DNA of 64,000 bases from Octopus vulgaris (GCA_951406725.2 OX597831.1:11222001-11286000); one strand, 5' to 3'. Positions 29,681 through 47,074 are shown, counted from the first letter of the stretch. Notes: generated by a model not told the origin, from the letters alone. A program made the numbers and translations.

Positions 29681-30374
29681 AATATTTATTACTGAGCGCT
29701 AGCCTGCAGTTAAACACCACCACTAACAACAACCACAATAACAACAACAACTAACCATTTACGGTTGCTTTTTTCACTTTTTCTGTTTATTATTTTTGTT
29801 TCGTGTGTGTGATCTAACCATTGCAGGAGTCGACCAGTGAGTTTCTCGACCTCCTAGATATAGCAGCGAAATTTCTCTAAAGACACACCTGAACTTAACA
29901 TCTGAAAATGAATAGAAATGTACAAGTGATAAATAACGAAGTGGTAGAGATACGTTATTCGAAAACTGAAACGAGATTGTCATGATTGGAGCGCTTTGAT
30001 CATTGGTTTGATCAAAAATGACTTTGGACTAAACAGTAAATAGTATCATCCGTGTTTGTGAAATCATTTTCGTTTCAATTTTGAATGCAAGGAATTAAAT
30101 TTTGGGTGGGAAAGAGCTTGTAGATTAGATCGGCCTCACTGCTCCACCAATATTTTCTTTTATAGACACCGAAACGGGTGAAAGGCAAATTCGACCTCAC
30201 CGGATTTGAACGCAGAACGTTAAGAACTGGAATGAATGTAGCTAACCGTGTTACCGATTCTGCCATCTGCCTATCTTGTCTTTTGTAATGACAAATAATG
30301 AAAGAAGCTCAGTCTTCATTGCTGCAATTGGGTTTCTGTTCAAGAAAAGAACCATAAGCTCATAAGGCCAGGTA

Positions 30375-30597
30375 CCCGGATTCTGAGGCGTACATTTTCC
30401 CCCACCCCACCCGCACATGGAAGGGCCGGCTATTTATCGTAGGATGACTCATTTTTACCAGCTGTGTAGTGGACTTGAGCAACGTGAAACGATGTGTCTT
30501 GTTCAAGAACACAACGCGTCGCCCTATCCAGGAATCGAAACTACACTCTTACGATCATGAACCCATCACGCTAACCACTTAGCCATACGCTTCCACT
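30375..30597 (-). mobile_element. Family D tRNA SINE with CORE-like central segment
   Basis: Minus: gtggaagcgtatggctaagtggttag..gtttcgattcctgg..gtgttcttgaacaagacac..tttcacgttgctc; relatives at 49846-50036 and 58990-59135. Confidence 0.65.
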
Positions 30598-30599
30598 TA

Positions 30600-31640
30600 T
30601 TTTTGCACAGTAATTCAATATTTGCAGCTTCTACTGCATATATGCATACAGACACACGTTTTGCACCTGCAATTTTCTGTCTGCACACGCTAACACACCG
30701 TTTTGCAGCTACATTTCCATATGTGCACTCACACCCCGTTTTCCCCACTTATAAACCCTAAAATGCACACGTAACCACCCTTTGCAATTCTTATATCTGC
30801 ATGCATACCCACTCTTTACTGCTGAAGTTGCATAAATATACACATTTATTTATTCTTTATGGCTTTAATTGTCTAAGTGCGTGTTTACCTTTTCTTTGCA
30901 GCTGCAGTCTTATATACACTTACATAACCCCTCTTTGCAGCTGCAGTTTTGCATATGCATGCAACCTCTAATTTCAGCTGCAATCCTATAAATTTGAAAA
31001 TATACTCACTCTTAATTTCTGCAATTCTCTATATGCACAAATCAAAATTCTACTGTTGCAATTCTGTACTTGTTTTTGTGCACTTAAGACCACTTTTTAC
31101 TGCAGCGACGTTCTTTGTGTGCACCGTACCATTCATCGCTTATACAGGGTGTCCACAAAGTCTGGGTACATGGAGTAAATAAAATCATAACATAAAGAAT
31201 TAAATATAAGAAATAATAATTTCTTAAAGTATGTGTTAATCCCCATGTGGGTACATGGAGCAAATAAAATCATAACATAAAGAATTAATTACGGAGATGT
31301 ACTTGCATAGCACGAAGCGTTGTCAGTGAACAGGTTGCAGTCTCAAAGCGACGAAAATATTTTGGCAAATTAAATTTAAATGTTGAAGTGAATCTAACGG
31401 TTTTTGTGTGTTTCTTAAATGGCTTATAAACACCTTCCACGCTGCAATTGTTATAAAGAATTAAATATAAGGAATAATAATTTCTTACAGTATGTGTTAA
31501 TCCCCAAGTACCCAGACTTTGTGGACACCCCGTAGAATTCTCTTTGAGTACAGAACCCCACGCCTTGCAGCTGCAGTTCTCTCTGTGTACATAAAATTAC
31601 TTTTTGCTACTGCATCCATTATGCAGACATAAACTGTACT
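30600..31640 (+). repeat. Degenerate ~40-bp minisatellite interrupted by the 31145-31532 MITE
   Basis: Recurrent tttgcagctgcaattct..tatatgcac units on both sides of the MITE. Confidence 0.6.
31145..31532. mobile_element. Tc1/mariner-type MITE
   Basis: 25-bp TIRs CAGGGTGTCCACAAAGTCTGGGTAC / GTACCCAGACTTTGTGGACACCCCG; TA on both flanks; internal direct repeats. Confidence 0.88.
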
Positions 31641-32025
31641 GAAATCCCTTTCACTGCCCTAAATCCACTCGGGTAAACTTGGAAGCCCCTACGCTTTTAT
31701 TCAACCTCCAACAAAAGCCAAGGCTTCGCTCAAATCACTCCTTATCATCTTTAAGAAAAGGGTAGACCCATCCACTCACCCACGATAAAAATCTATTCCT
31801 AGAATACACGTAAGACAGAATCGTTGGTCTGTTAGATTAGGGGTTTAGATTATGCCTAACGAAACCAAAACAGCGAAACAACCACACATAATTACACTCG
31901 TATCGTTTTGAATCACTTCCGATCCTTATTCTGTCTGAACCATTACTTTCATCAGATGTCGTCTGCTCTCGGCAGGTTCGATATCAAGGATCTCCATTCA
32001 GTTATCTTCTCTGTTATGCGTAGTT

Positions 32026-32394
32026 GTGATATTTTGTCTTTACATTTTGAGTTCAAATTCTGCCGAGGTGGACTTTGCCTTTCATCCTTTCGGGGTCGAT
32101 TAAATAAGTACCAGTTACGCACTGGAGTCGATATAATCGACTTAATCCGTGTGTCTGTCGTTGTTTGTCCCCTCTGTGTTTAGCCCCTTGTGGGTAGTAA
32201 AGAAATAAATAGGTATTTCGTCTGCCGCTACGTTCTGAGTTCTAATTCCGTCGAGGTCAACTTTGCCTTTCATCCTTTCGGGATCGATAAATTAAGTACC
32301 AGTTTCGTACTGGGGTTGATGTAATCGATTTAATCCCTTTGTCTGTCTTTGTTTGTCCCCTCTGTGTTTAGCCCCTTGTGGGTAGTAAAGAAAC
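32026..32394 (+). mobile_element. Two tandem family A SINE units with LINE-like tail
   Basis: Same central domain; both end TTTGTCCCCTCTGTGTTTAGCCCCTTGTGGGTAGTAAAGAAA. Confidence 0.85.
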
Positions 32395-33064
32395 ATATAT
32401 TTAATAGTCAAGAGTAATGATCTCTTTTGTATTTTTTAGTTGTAGCAGCACTTCTTCAATAGTTTTATGTTTTATCCAAGATATTCTTAACATTCCTCTG
32501 ATATGGCCACCACCCTTCAAAAGCTTCTAGCTTGTCAGAGCTTGCGTCAATGTTATTTCTCTTTCTACGCCATATAAAAGTGAAGTGTAGACGATATCCA
32601 ACGTTACACGACGTTAAAGGACCGGATTGAGAGCAAAGGTTGTATTACTTGTGTAGAAATGAGAAGTGTGTTTGTAATTACTTGACGAGAAATAGGAAAA
32701 CGAGCGAAACATATCTGATTGAAGGAAGATCTTCTTGTAATTACAGAATATTATTTTTAACTAGAAATAAAAGGAATTTGTAACAACAGTAACAACAGCG
32801 ATATAATGAAGAGAATACACACACACACACACACACATAAAAATTTCGGCTTTAAATTTGGAGTTTGCTTTATTAAGCCCGTCCACAAGTACCGGCTATC
32901 AGATATAATTACAAAGAAAGGAATTATATAGTTTTACTGATGATATATGAGAAAATTCGTAAACCACCGTAGAGGTTATCTAATTATCTACAAGAATAGC
33001 GTGAGCAATTCGTTTTATTGCATTGCTCACTCCATGTACTATGTATATAATATATAACATATAT

Positions 33065-33285
33065 AGGGAGAGTTTACGAAAAAAAAAACAAAAGACGAAG
33101 ACAGGTGGTGTACAAAACAAACAGATGTATTAGTATAACGCTCTGGAATAGAGAAAGTCTTTTACGTTTCGAGCCTACGCTCTTCTACAGAAAGGGACAC
33201 AGAAAAAACAAGGAGAGAAACAAGGAGAGAAAAAATGTGTGTAGTGGCTAACGATTTATCATGGCGTCTGCCAGACAGAAGGGTA
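33065..33285 (-). mobile_element. Penelope-like terminal fragment with variant hammerhead (33159-33194)
   Basis: Minus: CTTT-CTGTAGA-A-GAGC-GTAG-GCTC-GAAA-CG-TA-AAAG; partial relative at 19973-20040. Confidence 0.55.
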
Positions 33286-33468
33286 TACATTGTATATACA
33301 CATAGAACATAGTACTATATGCATAGTATATAGAGCGAGCTTCAATCTAAGTTGTGTCCTCGTGAAGCACATCGACATGTTCACATTAATCAAATCTATG
33401 TGGATAAAATATACAAAATATACAAAATAATTGGAATTTCTTGGTGAATTCTATTTGCAGAGTAAGTA

Positions 33469-33544
33469 CAAGTGGCGGACAGGGTCTAAAAATATTGGTT
33501 ACCAGGAGACTAAGGGGGCCCACCCGCAACTACAATGCTACCAT

Positions 33545-33579
<35 letters not shown>

Positions 33580-33791
33580 TTTTTGTTAAAAGTATTCTAT
33601 TCAACTGTCTACAAACACAGCCAGGCTGAAATAAGGCATTCTTCCAGGAATGAATTTTTTAAATTCTCAAACTTGAGGGGATAGGCCTCTTAGATAGTAA
33701 TATAGGCCCCCATATATGGATTCTAGTGGCGCAGGGACCCACTTGCCAACGGGAAAGCTAGCAACCTGCCAACCTGGACGGTCCGCCACTG
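33469..33791. mobile_element. hAT-like MITE
   Basis: TIRs CA(A)GTGGCGGAC / GTCCGCCACTG; internal GGGCCC motifs; no clear TSD. Confidence 0.55.
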
Positions 33792-34083
33792 TACATATTA
33801 AAACAGAAGACTAGGAAAAAATTGGTATATTTTTAATTTCACGTTACACTTGTTTCGTTACAGGATAGGAGTTACAAAGGTTATAAATGAAGGAAAAGCA
33901 TGTGTGGAATATTTTATTCATTATTCTTGAGACAAAGATTCAAAAATCATATTTAACTGAAGAATTGAAAAATATTTCAAAATTAATATTTGACAAAAGA
34001 ATTACGGAAATCATATGGAATTTTTGGATTTGTATAGCTTCGTGACACCTATACCGTACTGAATCACATATAACATAAGTAGA

Positions 34084-34126
34084 TCAAAGGATAGACGGAC
34101 AGACAGATAGATAGAGAGAGATAGAG

Positions 34127-34180
<54 letters not shown>

Positions 34181-34245
34181 AGTCTATGAATAGATAGATA
34201 GACAGACTGACAGATGGATAGAGATAAGTATATAAATAGATAGAC

Positions 34246-34316
<71 letters not shown>

Positions 34317-34400
34317 AAGAGAGAGAGAAAGAGAGATAAGTATATAAATAGATATATAGACAGACAGACATAGATAGATAAATAGATAGATAACGACGAT
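34084..34400. repeat. (TAGA)n/(GA)n microsatellite, left end of the LINE array
   Basis: Direct reading. Confidence 0.9.
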
Positions 34401-34402
34401 AG

Positions 34403-34619
34403 ATTTCTTTATTAGCCACACAGGGCCGAACACTAAGGGGATAAAATAAAATGTAGAGCTTTTCCTTTTGAAAGAAAAAGAAGAAATAGAAAAAAAAGGA
34501 CGAGAAAATAAGTTTCCGATCAAATGTGATCGTGCAAAAGAAAAAAAAAGAAGCGATCAATAGGGATCGTGTATCACAGAAAATATCAAAAATGTAAAAA
34601 AACGGATTAGGTTTATGCC

Positions 34620-34620
<1 letters not shown>
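34403..34620 (-). mobile_element. 3'UTR fragment of the same Tx1-like LINE family (diverged subfamily)
   Basis: tttctttattagccacacagggc...gtagagcttttc...caatagggatcgtgtatcacagaaa matches the 3'UTR of the long copy; TAGA repeats on both sides. Confidence 0.85.
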
Positions 34621-38570
<3,950 letters not shown>

Positions 38571-38602
38571 AGATAGATAGATGGATAGATAGATAGATAG
38601 AT

Positions 38603-39046
38603 ATGTTTCTTTATTAGCCACACAGGGCTGCACACAGACGGGACAAATTACAAGGTAGAGCTTTTCTTTTGGGGATAAAAAAGGTGGTTTGGTTTTCGAT
38701 CAAAAGGGATCGTAAAAGGAAAGAAAGAATAAAACAAAAAAGGGGGGATAAAAAGAAAAGGAAAAGGAAAAAAAATCAATCAATAAGGATCGTTATCACA
38801 GAAATGTCAATATAAAGTGTAAAGGAGAGGACAGGTGAGGTTTACCCGTGGAAAGAAAAGCCTACGGAAAAGACCATGGTAACCTCGGTCAATGAAGTCC
38901 CATGTATTTTTTTTTTTTGCAAATAAGCAACTCTCTGTATTAATTTTTACGGTTCATAGGATCATAGTCAAGGTGGCTTCGTCATTCATACGTGCCATCC
39001 TTGCTACATTCACCCATCTTTTTTTAAAACATTCACTAGACAAAAC
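38603..39046 (-). mobile_element. 5'-truncated Tx1-like LINE, second subfamily: last ~30 codons of ORF2 plus 3'UTR
   Basis: Encodes [30 protein letters not shown] versus VLSRERFNKRWVNVAKMVRASNETILSMIL* in the long copy; TAGA repeats on both sides. Confidence 0.9.
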
Positions 39047-39055
39047 AGATAGATG

Positions 39056-39106
<51 letters not shown>

Positions 39107-39107
39107 G

Positions 39108-39198
<91 letters not shown>
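39047..39198. repeat. (TAGA)n microsatellite between LINE copies
   Basis: Direct reading. Confidence 0.95.
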
Positions 39199-39199
<1 letters not shown>

Positions 39200-39270
39200 T
39201 GTTTCTTTATTAGCCACACAGGGCTGCACACAGATAGAACAAATTACAAGGTAGAGCTTTTCTTTTGAAT

Positions 39271-39308
<38 letters not shown>

Positions 39309-39560
39309 GGGGGAGTTTCGATCAAAAGGGATCGTAAAAGGAGAGAAGGAGGACAAAAAAAAGGGGGGTTAAAAAAAGGGGGGAGAGGAAGAAAAAAAAA
39401 AAAAAAAAATTGATCAATAGGGATCGTTATCACAGAAATGTCAATATGAAGTGTAAAGGGGAGGACAGGTGAGGTTTACCCGTGGAAAGAAAAGCCTACG
39501 GAAAAGACCACGGTAACCTCGGTCAATGAAGTCACATTTTATATTTCTTTTTTTTTTTTT
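39199..39560 (-). mobile_element. 3'UTR fragment of the Tx1-like LINE, second subfamily
   Basis: Closely matches 38603-38920 (cacacagggctgcacacaga...cctacggaaaagacc...aacctcggtcaatgaagtc); TAGA repeats on both sides. Confidence 0.88.
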
Positions 39561-39569
39561 TAGATAGAC

Positions 39570-39600
<31 letters not shown>

Positions 39601-41076
39601 GAAAGCTACTGGTGATGTAACAGCTACGAGCGCTTCGTGTTGGTGGTAGTAGTAGCAGCAGCAGCAGCAGTGCTAAAAAGGTGTGGCAGCATTAGTAGTG
39701 GTGACAGGTGTGGGAGTCGGTAGAGCGTATGACCTGCACTTATGTCCACAGAATGTTAATTACGGCAGGTTACATGAGACGACGACGACCAGCGGAGTCG
39801 GAAGGTTTTGGTGTTGGCTTACAACACGGCTTGATTGCTGCTTAACCTTCTTGTCACTCCATGTTGACATTGGATGGTAGCGGCGGCGGCGGTGGTGGTG
39901 GCGGCGGTGGTGGTGGTGTTGCTGGTGTTGCTGGTGGTGGTGGTAGTGGTGGTGGTGGTGCTGGTGATTGCTGTGGTGGTCGTAGTGGTGGTGGTGGTGG
40001 TGGTGTGGTGGTGGTGGGTGCTGGTGATTGCTGTGGTGGTCGTAGTGGTGACGGTGGTGGTGGCGGTGATAGTGGTGGTGGTGGTGTGGTGGTGGTGGTG
40101 GTAGTGGTGGTGCTGGTGATTGCTGTGGTGGTGGTGGTGGTGGTGGCGGTGGTGGTGGTACTGCTGTTTGTGATATTGATGGTGGTTGTGGTGGTGGTAG
40201 TGGTGATGCTGTCGGTGGTGATGGCGGTAGCGATGTTTAAGGTAATATGATGGTAGTGCAGCGGTCAGGTTATTTTGGCGGGATGGATGTGGTGGTGGTG
40301 GTGGCGGTGGTGGTAATAATGACGGTGGCGTGATTGTGGTGATTGTGGTGACGGTGATTGTATTGGTGGTAGTGGTGATGACGGATGGTGGTGGTTGCAG
40401 ATATAGTAGTAATGGTGGTAATATTAGCATCGCTCGTGGTTGTGGTGGTTAAGGTGATGATTGAAGTGAAGGTAGTGGTAGAGGTGTTTGTTACGGTTAG
40501 GGTGATAGTTGTAATACTGGTACTAGTGGTGGTGGTGGTGGTGGTGGTGATGGTTGTGCCGGTGGTGATGGCGGCGCTGGTGAAAGTAGTGGCGATGATA
40601 TATCCGTGGCGGAGCCCCTATCGATATCTGATAATAATAATTGGTCGAATAAGTCAATAATGTTAATTGGGGACGCTATTAGTAATGAGAGCCATCTTCT
40701 TATTGACATTGGCCGAATGAATCACGCGTCTTCAATTGTGGATAAGGTTACATGCTTTTGTGATTGACAGCATGTGTGTATGTGTGTTTATATTTGCGCA
40801 TATATGCGTATATAATTGTGCACACATACCCGCACACTCGTACCCGAGAGTCAGTGAACGTAGAACAGAAAGTGTCGGTAAATAAGCGTCAACGATCGAG
40901 CAGTGTTTGTAAGGGCACTCGTCTGTGTGTGTGTGTGTGTTTGTGTGTTTGTGTGAGCATGTTTGTGTGTGTGTTTGTGTGTTTGTGTGAGTATGTTTGT
41001 GTGTGCGTGTGCGAATGTGTGTGTGGGAATGTGTGTGGGAATTTGTGTGGGAGAATGAGTATGTGTATGTTTGTGT

Positions 41077-41123
<47 letters not shown>

Positions 41124-41730
41124 ACAGTAAAAATATATCTGGCTGTGTAAGTTCGACAAATTCAATCATATTTTTCATAAATGGGGGAGATTAGATGTTA
41201 CAAATGAGATGAAATATTTATTCAATGGACCAGACGATCGTTTCGTACAGAAAGACAATAAATCCATTTTGAGAGTCTGAGTGGTCAACGGGTACTCATC
41301 AGTAGAAGAATAAGAAAAAATAAGAACATAATAAAGAAACAGATGGTCTTAAGAATTACATGGATATTGTGTTAGTAATTTTTAATGTGTCGTTGTTCTA
41401 GGATTCTTGTCTGTTTAAAATACGACTCACGTGGAACGGTTCGGTGATGATTTTTACAACATAGAAAAATAGGTAACGTTCTCTCTATCGGTTAGTGTAA
41501 ATGAGCTAACTATATACTCCATATAAGGAGTAAGAAGCAATAAGGAAGTACGGAATTTTTAAATACAGGAGACTGAAATTTGTATTTGACCGTTAATAAG
41601 CATTTAGGCTTTTTTTTTTTTAATTAGAATGTTTATGAGCCCTCATAAATGGTTAGTGGTATATAAACTTTATGATAGAATATTTATGCAAATAATATGT
41701 CAGACATATTATTTACATAAACTTTATACA

Positions 41731-41818
<88 letters not shown>

Positions 41819-41938
41819 AATCAATCATATATATATATATATATGAAAAAACAAGTCAAGATAGAAAATGCTAAAATAATTTCATAAAGAACATTTCATT
41901 ACCGGTTTCGGTTATTTTGAGACCTTTTCAACTTTTAC

Positions 41939-41971
<33 letters not shown>

Positions 41972-41972
<1 letters not shown>

Positions 41973-42167
41973 GACCTCGTGAATACCACCGGCGATTCTT
42001 TTCCTCTGTCCTCCCGTCTCGGGATCTTTCCTTCTCCTATGTTTCCGACGAAGAGCTCCGCTCGAAACGTCACACCCTCCTTCTTCCCTTCTTTCCTGAG
42101 CGTCCAATAATACTTTATTTGTTCCACATCGTTGCGTTGTTGTCTTTTTGTTTTCTTGTTTGGATTA

Positions 42168-42172
<5 letters not shown>
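41972..42172 (+). mobile_element. Penelope-like terminal fragment with variant hammerhead (42041-42075)
   Basis: GTTT-CCGACGA-A-GAGC-TCC-GCTC-GAAA-CG-TC; (TA)n on both sides. Confidence 0.6.
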
Positions 42173-42226
<54 letters not shown>

Positions 42227-42289
42227 GATTTTGATTTGATTTTGATTTTTCTAGTTTCAGCTAATGAGCTGTGGCCATGCTGGGGCACC

Positions 42290-42360
<71 letters not shown>

Positions 42361-42435
42361 AACTTAATTTAACCTTTATAGGTATCTTTTAATAAGCTGT
42401 CCATTGATAAAATTTTTTCGAAAAAATTTTATCCG

Positions 42436-42570
42436 ACTCAGCCTTTCATCTTTTCAGGGTCGATGAAGAAAGTACCAGTTTCGCACTGGGGTCGATGTAA
42501 TCGACTTAATCCCATTGTCTGTCCTTTTTTGTCCCCTCTATGTTTAGCCCCTTGTGGGCAATAAAGAGAT
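42436..42570 (+). mobile_element. 5'-truncated family A SINE with LINE-like tail
   Basis: gcctttcatc...tttgtcccctctatgtttagccccttgtgggcaataaagagatatatatatct. Confidence 0.8.
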
Positions 42571-44249
42571 ATATATATCTTATAATGCGATCAGTAATGG
42601 TAATTTTAAGACCAAATATGAGGATTATATGCAGATATTTGTGATAAGAACGGCAACAACAATTACAATAGCACCGACACACGAGTTCCGTAGAAAAACT
42701 TTCACCGTCATCGAAACATACGTTCCTACCTCCACCTACCACCACCATTGTACAAAAAAAAAGCGGCAAAGGAAACTATTGGAGCTACACAGTAGGAGCT
42801 TCGCCATGGTAACAGTCACCATAGCGGTGACAACACAAACACCAGTGAAATACATCTTCACGAAGCATATGCATGCGTTTACGCTTGTCTCACAATGTGG
42901 AGGACGAGAAAAAAATAAGGGAAAAAATAAGAAAATACCAAGAAAACAAGAAAACAAACAGAAAAGCGTCAATAATGTTTAGATACTACATCTCCCACTG
43001 GACAAAAAGGTGACTTGAAAACGAGTCGCTTTGGGCCGATATTGACGATATAATTAAGAAAAACTCAGATCTCGCGTAAACCACGAGGGATCACGTTTGG
43101 AATTAGCCATGTTGTTTTTCATTTGGAGAAACAAACAGACTTTTAAGAAAAAACGTCAGAGTGATAAAAGATGAATTGCTCTGCTCCCTGAGTTCGAATC
43201 TCGACGAGGTCAACGGTGATGTTTATTAGTATTTCGGGACTCGATAAATGAAGTACAAATCAAGTAATGGGTTAAGCAACCAACAACAACAGCATCAACA
43301 ATGACAACAACAGTTAAACAGCAGTGGCAATTATGATATCAACAGAAATTCTTTCGAATTTTAGCACAAAGGCCTCGATTTTGAGGTGAGGGGAACACGA
43401 TTATATCGACCCCGGTATTGAACTTGCATTTATTTTATCGACCCTGAGACTATGAAAGGTAAATTGAGCTGCGACTGAATTCGAACTCAGGACGCGATGA
43501 GTCGGAAGAAATGCGGCTAAACATTTTGTCTGACGTGCTAATAATGACAGCAGCCACAGTATCGACATGGATGCGGGGGAATGCTCACCACAGCACCATC
43601 CTGCAACATGTAAATCTTAGAGGCATCATCGCTTGACCTTAGGAACGAATTCTTTTAGGTGTATTAGTCATAGCTTTAGAGTATCTTAAAGCTAAACAAG
43701 CAGAAGAGCTTTCAAAATGTTGGTATTGCCACTAACAAGTGCAATGAAAATGATGCCTGTAAACACACGGTACACACAACGCCACCTGTGATCGCGCAAG
43801 AAACTTGATCGTAGGTTATTGGCATTTCAAATTCTCCCTCGTAATCCATCCGGTTTGAAGGAGGTGCCGGACCATCTATTGCTGTATGATAGGTTTCAAA
43901 TTTTGGCACATGACTAGCAGTTTTAGGAGGGCGGGGGTAGTTGATTACATTGAGCTGGTACTTTATTTTATTGACCCCCTGCAAGAATGAAACGCAAATT
44001 AACCATTGTGTGATACAAACTTAGAACGTAATGGGCCACGGAAATTATCGCCAAGCATTTTGTTCGACACACTAACGATTCTGCCAGTTATGGAGTAAGA
44101 AGCATTTCTTTCCTTGGTTGTTGTCAATGACCACCAAGAAAAGGAATGTCGCCTGATCTATCCACCACTCCAAATAATTGATAATGATTTACTGCACGGT
44201 CAGCATCTCAGACAAACGCAGGACGCCGCAGTGGAAGAGTCTTGGTTAT

Positions 44250-45002
44250 GGCTGAAAAACGGAGACCCTCAGAAAGAAACAGAATGAATCAAAAAGGTTT
44301 CTCAGTGCCACTCATTGCGGACGAATATCATTAAGACCAAAACAGGCAAAACCGTGAAAAATGCGAAGTGCAGAGTATGTAATGAGAAAGATGAATCCAT
44401 TGAGCACATAAGTTCCTGTAATCTTTTGCCAAAGAAGGAATATAGACGCAGGCATGATTGTATGGCCAAGGCACTACATTGGGAGATATTACGGTAAAGA
44501 GGATTTCAAGAAGGAAGAAAATGGTACGAACTCCAACCAGAAAGTGTAACAGAGAATGACCAATACAAGTTTATATGGTATTGTAATGTACAGACTGATC
44601 GCGAAATTCATGTCAGGTGACCAGAAATTATGGTTCTTGATAACGGCTGCACCATCTTAGATGTGGCTGTATTTGCAGACAAACTCGTAAATGTAGCGGT
44701 CAAAGAACGGGAGAAAAAGGGAAAATACTAGAATTTGGCTAGGGAAATACGATGACTGTGGGTGGTTTCTACAAACATAATCGCTGTTGTTATCGGTTTC
44801 CTGGACAGGTGCCACTAAAAGAGGTAACAGCTCCCTTATTGAGATTGGTGTAACTACAAAAGTCGCACTAATTTAGAAATCTGTTCTATTGGAAACAGCA
44901 AGGATTCTGAAGAAAGGTCCTTGATAACTAGGAAAACTGGTCGCGACTCGGATTCAAGGACATTGATTCCGAATGTAAAACATTCATGCACACAATGGAT
45001 AG
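44250..45002 (+). mobile_element. Decayed R4/Dong-clade non-LTR retrotransposon 3' fragment (restriction-like endonuclease), followed by (AAT)n at 45003-45057
   Basis: CRVCNEKDESIEHISSC zinc knuckle, YRRRHD, WYELQPESVTEN, QTDREIHVR*PEIM, ILDVAV...KEREKKGKY; several stops. Confidence 0.85.
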
Positions 45003-45003
45003 C

Positions 45004-45056
<53 letters not shown>

Positions 45057-45057
<1 letters not shown>

Positions 45058-45268
45058 TCTTTCTCCTCTAGGCACAAGGACTGATATTTTTTGGAGCTAG
45101 GGTTTAGTCGATTACATCGACACAAGCGCTTAACTAGTACTTATTCTATCGATCTCCAAAAGAAAAAAATGCGATGTCATAGCGGAATTCAAACTCAGTA
45201 AATTCGGACACGAAATACCGCTGAGCATTTTGTCCGGCGTGAGAACTATTCTTTCAGCTTGCCGCCCT
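45057..45268 (-). mobile_element. Family A SINE (alternative tail) sharing the AAT/ATT tract with the Dong fragment
   Basis: ctaggcacaagg...gaaataccgctgagcatttt...cagcttgccgcc. Confidence 0.75.
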
Positions 45269-45908
45269 TCTATGATGGTGGTGGTGATGGTGGTGGTGGT
45301 GGTGGTGGTGGTGGTGGTGGTGGTGGTGGTGGTTGTGGTGGTGGTGGTGGTGATGGTTTTGGTGGTGGTGGTGGTGGTGGCATTTCCATTGTTCCTACCT
45401 GCTATTTTCGGTGTGCTTGTGCGAACGTCGAGGCAGAAAAAGCTTTGATGCACTTTCAAACACGTTCCGTTATGTAATTGCCAGTTTTAGCAGAAAGCTC
45501 ATGAATACAGCGATCGCAGTTTAAACGAGATTGAAAAACATTTCTACAGCAATTAATTAGGTAGGTGTAAGAAAATGTTCCAGCACATTCTCTATTATAT
45601 TAACGTGTTCTATACAATGTTATTGTAGATATAAATTATTTAATAATTTTGCGCGCAACCATCCGCTGCTAATGAATGAGTTTGGAATGATTTCAAACCT
45701 ACAATATGGCGTTCAGGTTATGACATCTAACTAATAGGTAGAAATTAAAACACATTTTCGTTTCATTACGATTCATTCTAGATGGAGTAATTTTCTCTAA
45801 ACAGAAAGCTGATTCCTAATTAAGCTAACGGCCGTGCCATTTGTATTTATTCTGTTGGCAACATACACAAACATACTCTCACCTTCCCTCTTTTTATTAT
45901 TATTATTA

Positions 45909-45973
<65 letters not shown>

Positions 45974-46464
45974 GTTTTTCAATATAATTTGATTTCCACT
46001 TTCCTTTTTAAACAATATCGTATGGTTTCTACTGCAGCCAATATTTTCGCTTCGTTCTCTCCTCTTTAAAACCAATCATTTAATTAACGAATAATGGCGA
46101 AGCGCTGTTTTCATGGAAAACAATTAGATATGGAGTTAGAGCGAACGAGCGAACGAGCGAAAGAGGGAAAGAGAGAGAGGGAGAGAGAGAGAGAGAAAGG
46201 GTGGAGAGAGACGAAGAGATGGGGAGGGAGAGACAGTGAGAGAAATACTGGCGAAAGTATAGAATAAATAGAGAAAAGTATTGATACATTGGGTGAAAAA
46301 ATGGCTGAATGTTGACAACTACACTTCTGTCCAGTTTTTGAATTAGAATTGTGGTTTAGCGTTCGATAAAAATAACTACGCGATTTAACAGTTCTGAAGT
46401 TTGAAGGCTGCGTTGTTGCATTTTATGATGTAGATGGCGCCTTTGTCTTTCGTTTCCTCAGCTA

Positions 46465-46900
46465 CTGTGAAATTTGGTTGAAGAATGCTGTGGCTAACCA
46501 TGCGGACACCAGTGTAAACAGGGGAGTACGAAAATAAGGTACAAGTACGGTGGATGTGTGGTAATAAGCTTGCTTCCCAACCACGTGGTTCTGGGTTCAG
46601 TTCCACTGCGCGGCACCTTGAAAAAGTGTCTTCGACTATGGCCTCGGGTCGAATAAAGCCTTGTGAAATTTGGTTGAAGAATGCTGTGGCTAACCATGCG
46701 GACACCAGTAGTAAACAGGGGAGTACGAAAATGAAATACAAGTACGGTGAATGTATGGTAATAAGCTTGCTTCCCAACCATGTGGTTCTGGGTTCAGTTC
46801 CACTGCGCAGCACCTAGAGAAAATGTCTTCTACTATAGCCTCGGGTCGAATAAAGTCTTGTGAGTAGATTTGGTAGACGGAAACTGAAAGAAGCCCGTCG

Positions 46901-46952
<52 letters not shown>

Positions 46953-47062
46953 TGTATGTGTGTGTATGTGTGTGTATGTGTGTGTGTTTGTGTGTGTGTA
47001 CCTCTGTTTGTCCTCACAATCGCTTGACAAACGGTGTTGGTGTGTTTATGTTCTCGAAACCT
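46465..47062 (+). mobile_element. Family B SINE with its head plus upstream flank tandemly duplicated (46465-46660, 46661-46858)
   Basis: Two ~196 bp near-identical units starting tgtgaaatttggttgaagaatgc. Confidence 0.85.
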
Positions 47063-47074
47063 AGAAGTTCATCG

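Noticed and set aside
42554-42982. 142-aa ORF in non-repetitive sequence
   Set aside because: Starts in a SINE tail; no recognisable motif or clear splice signals.
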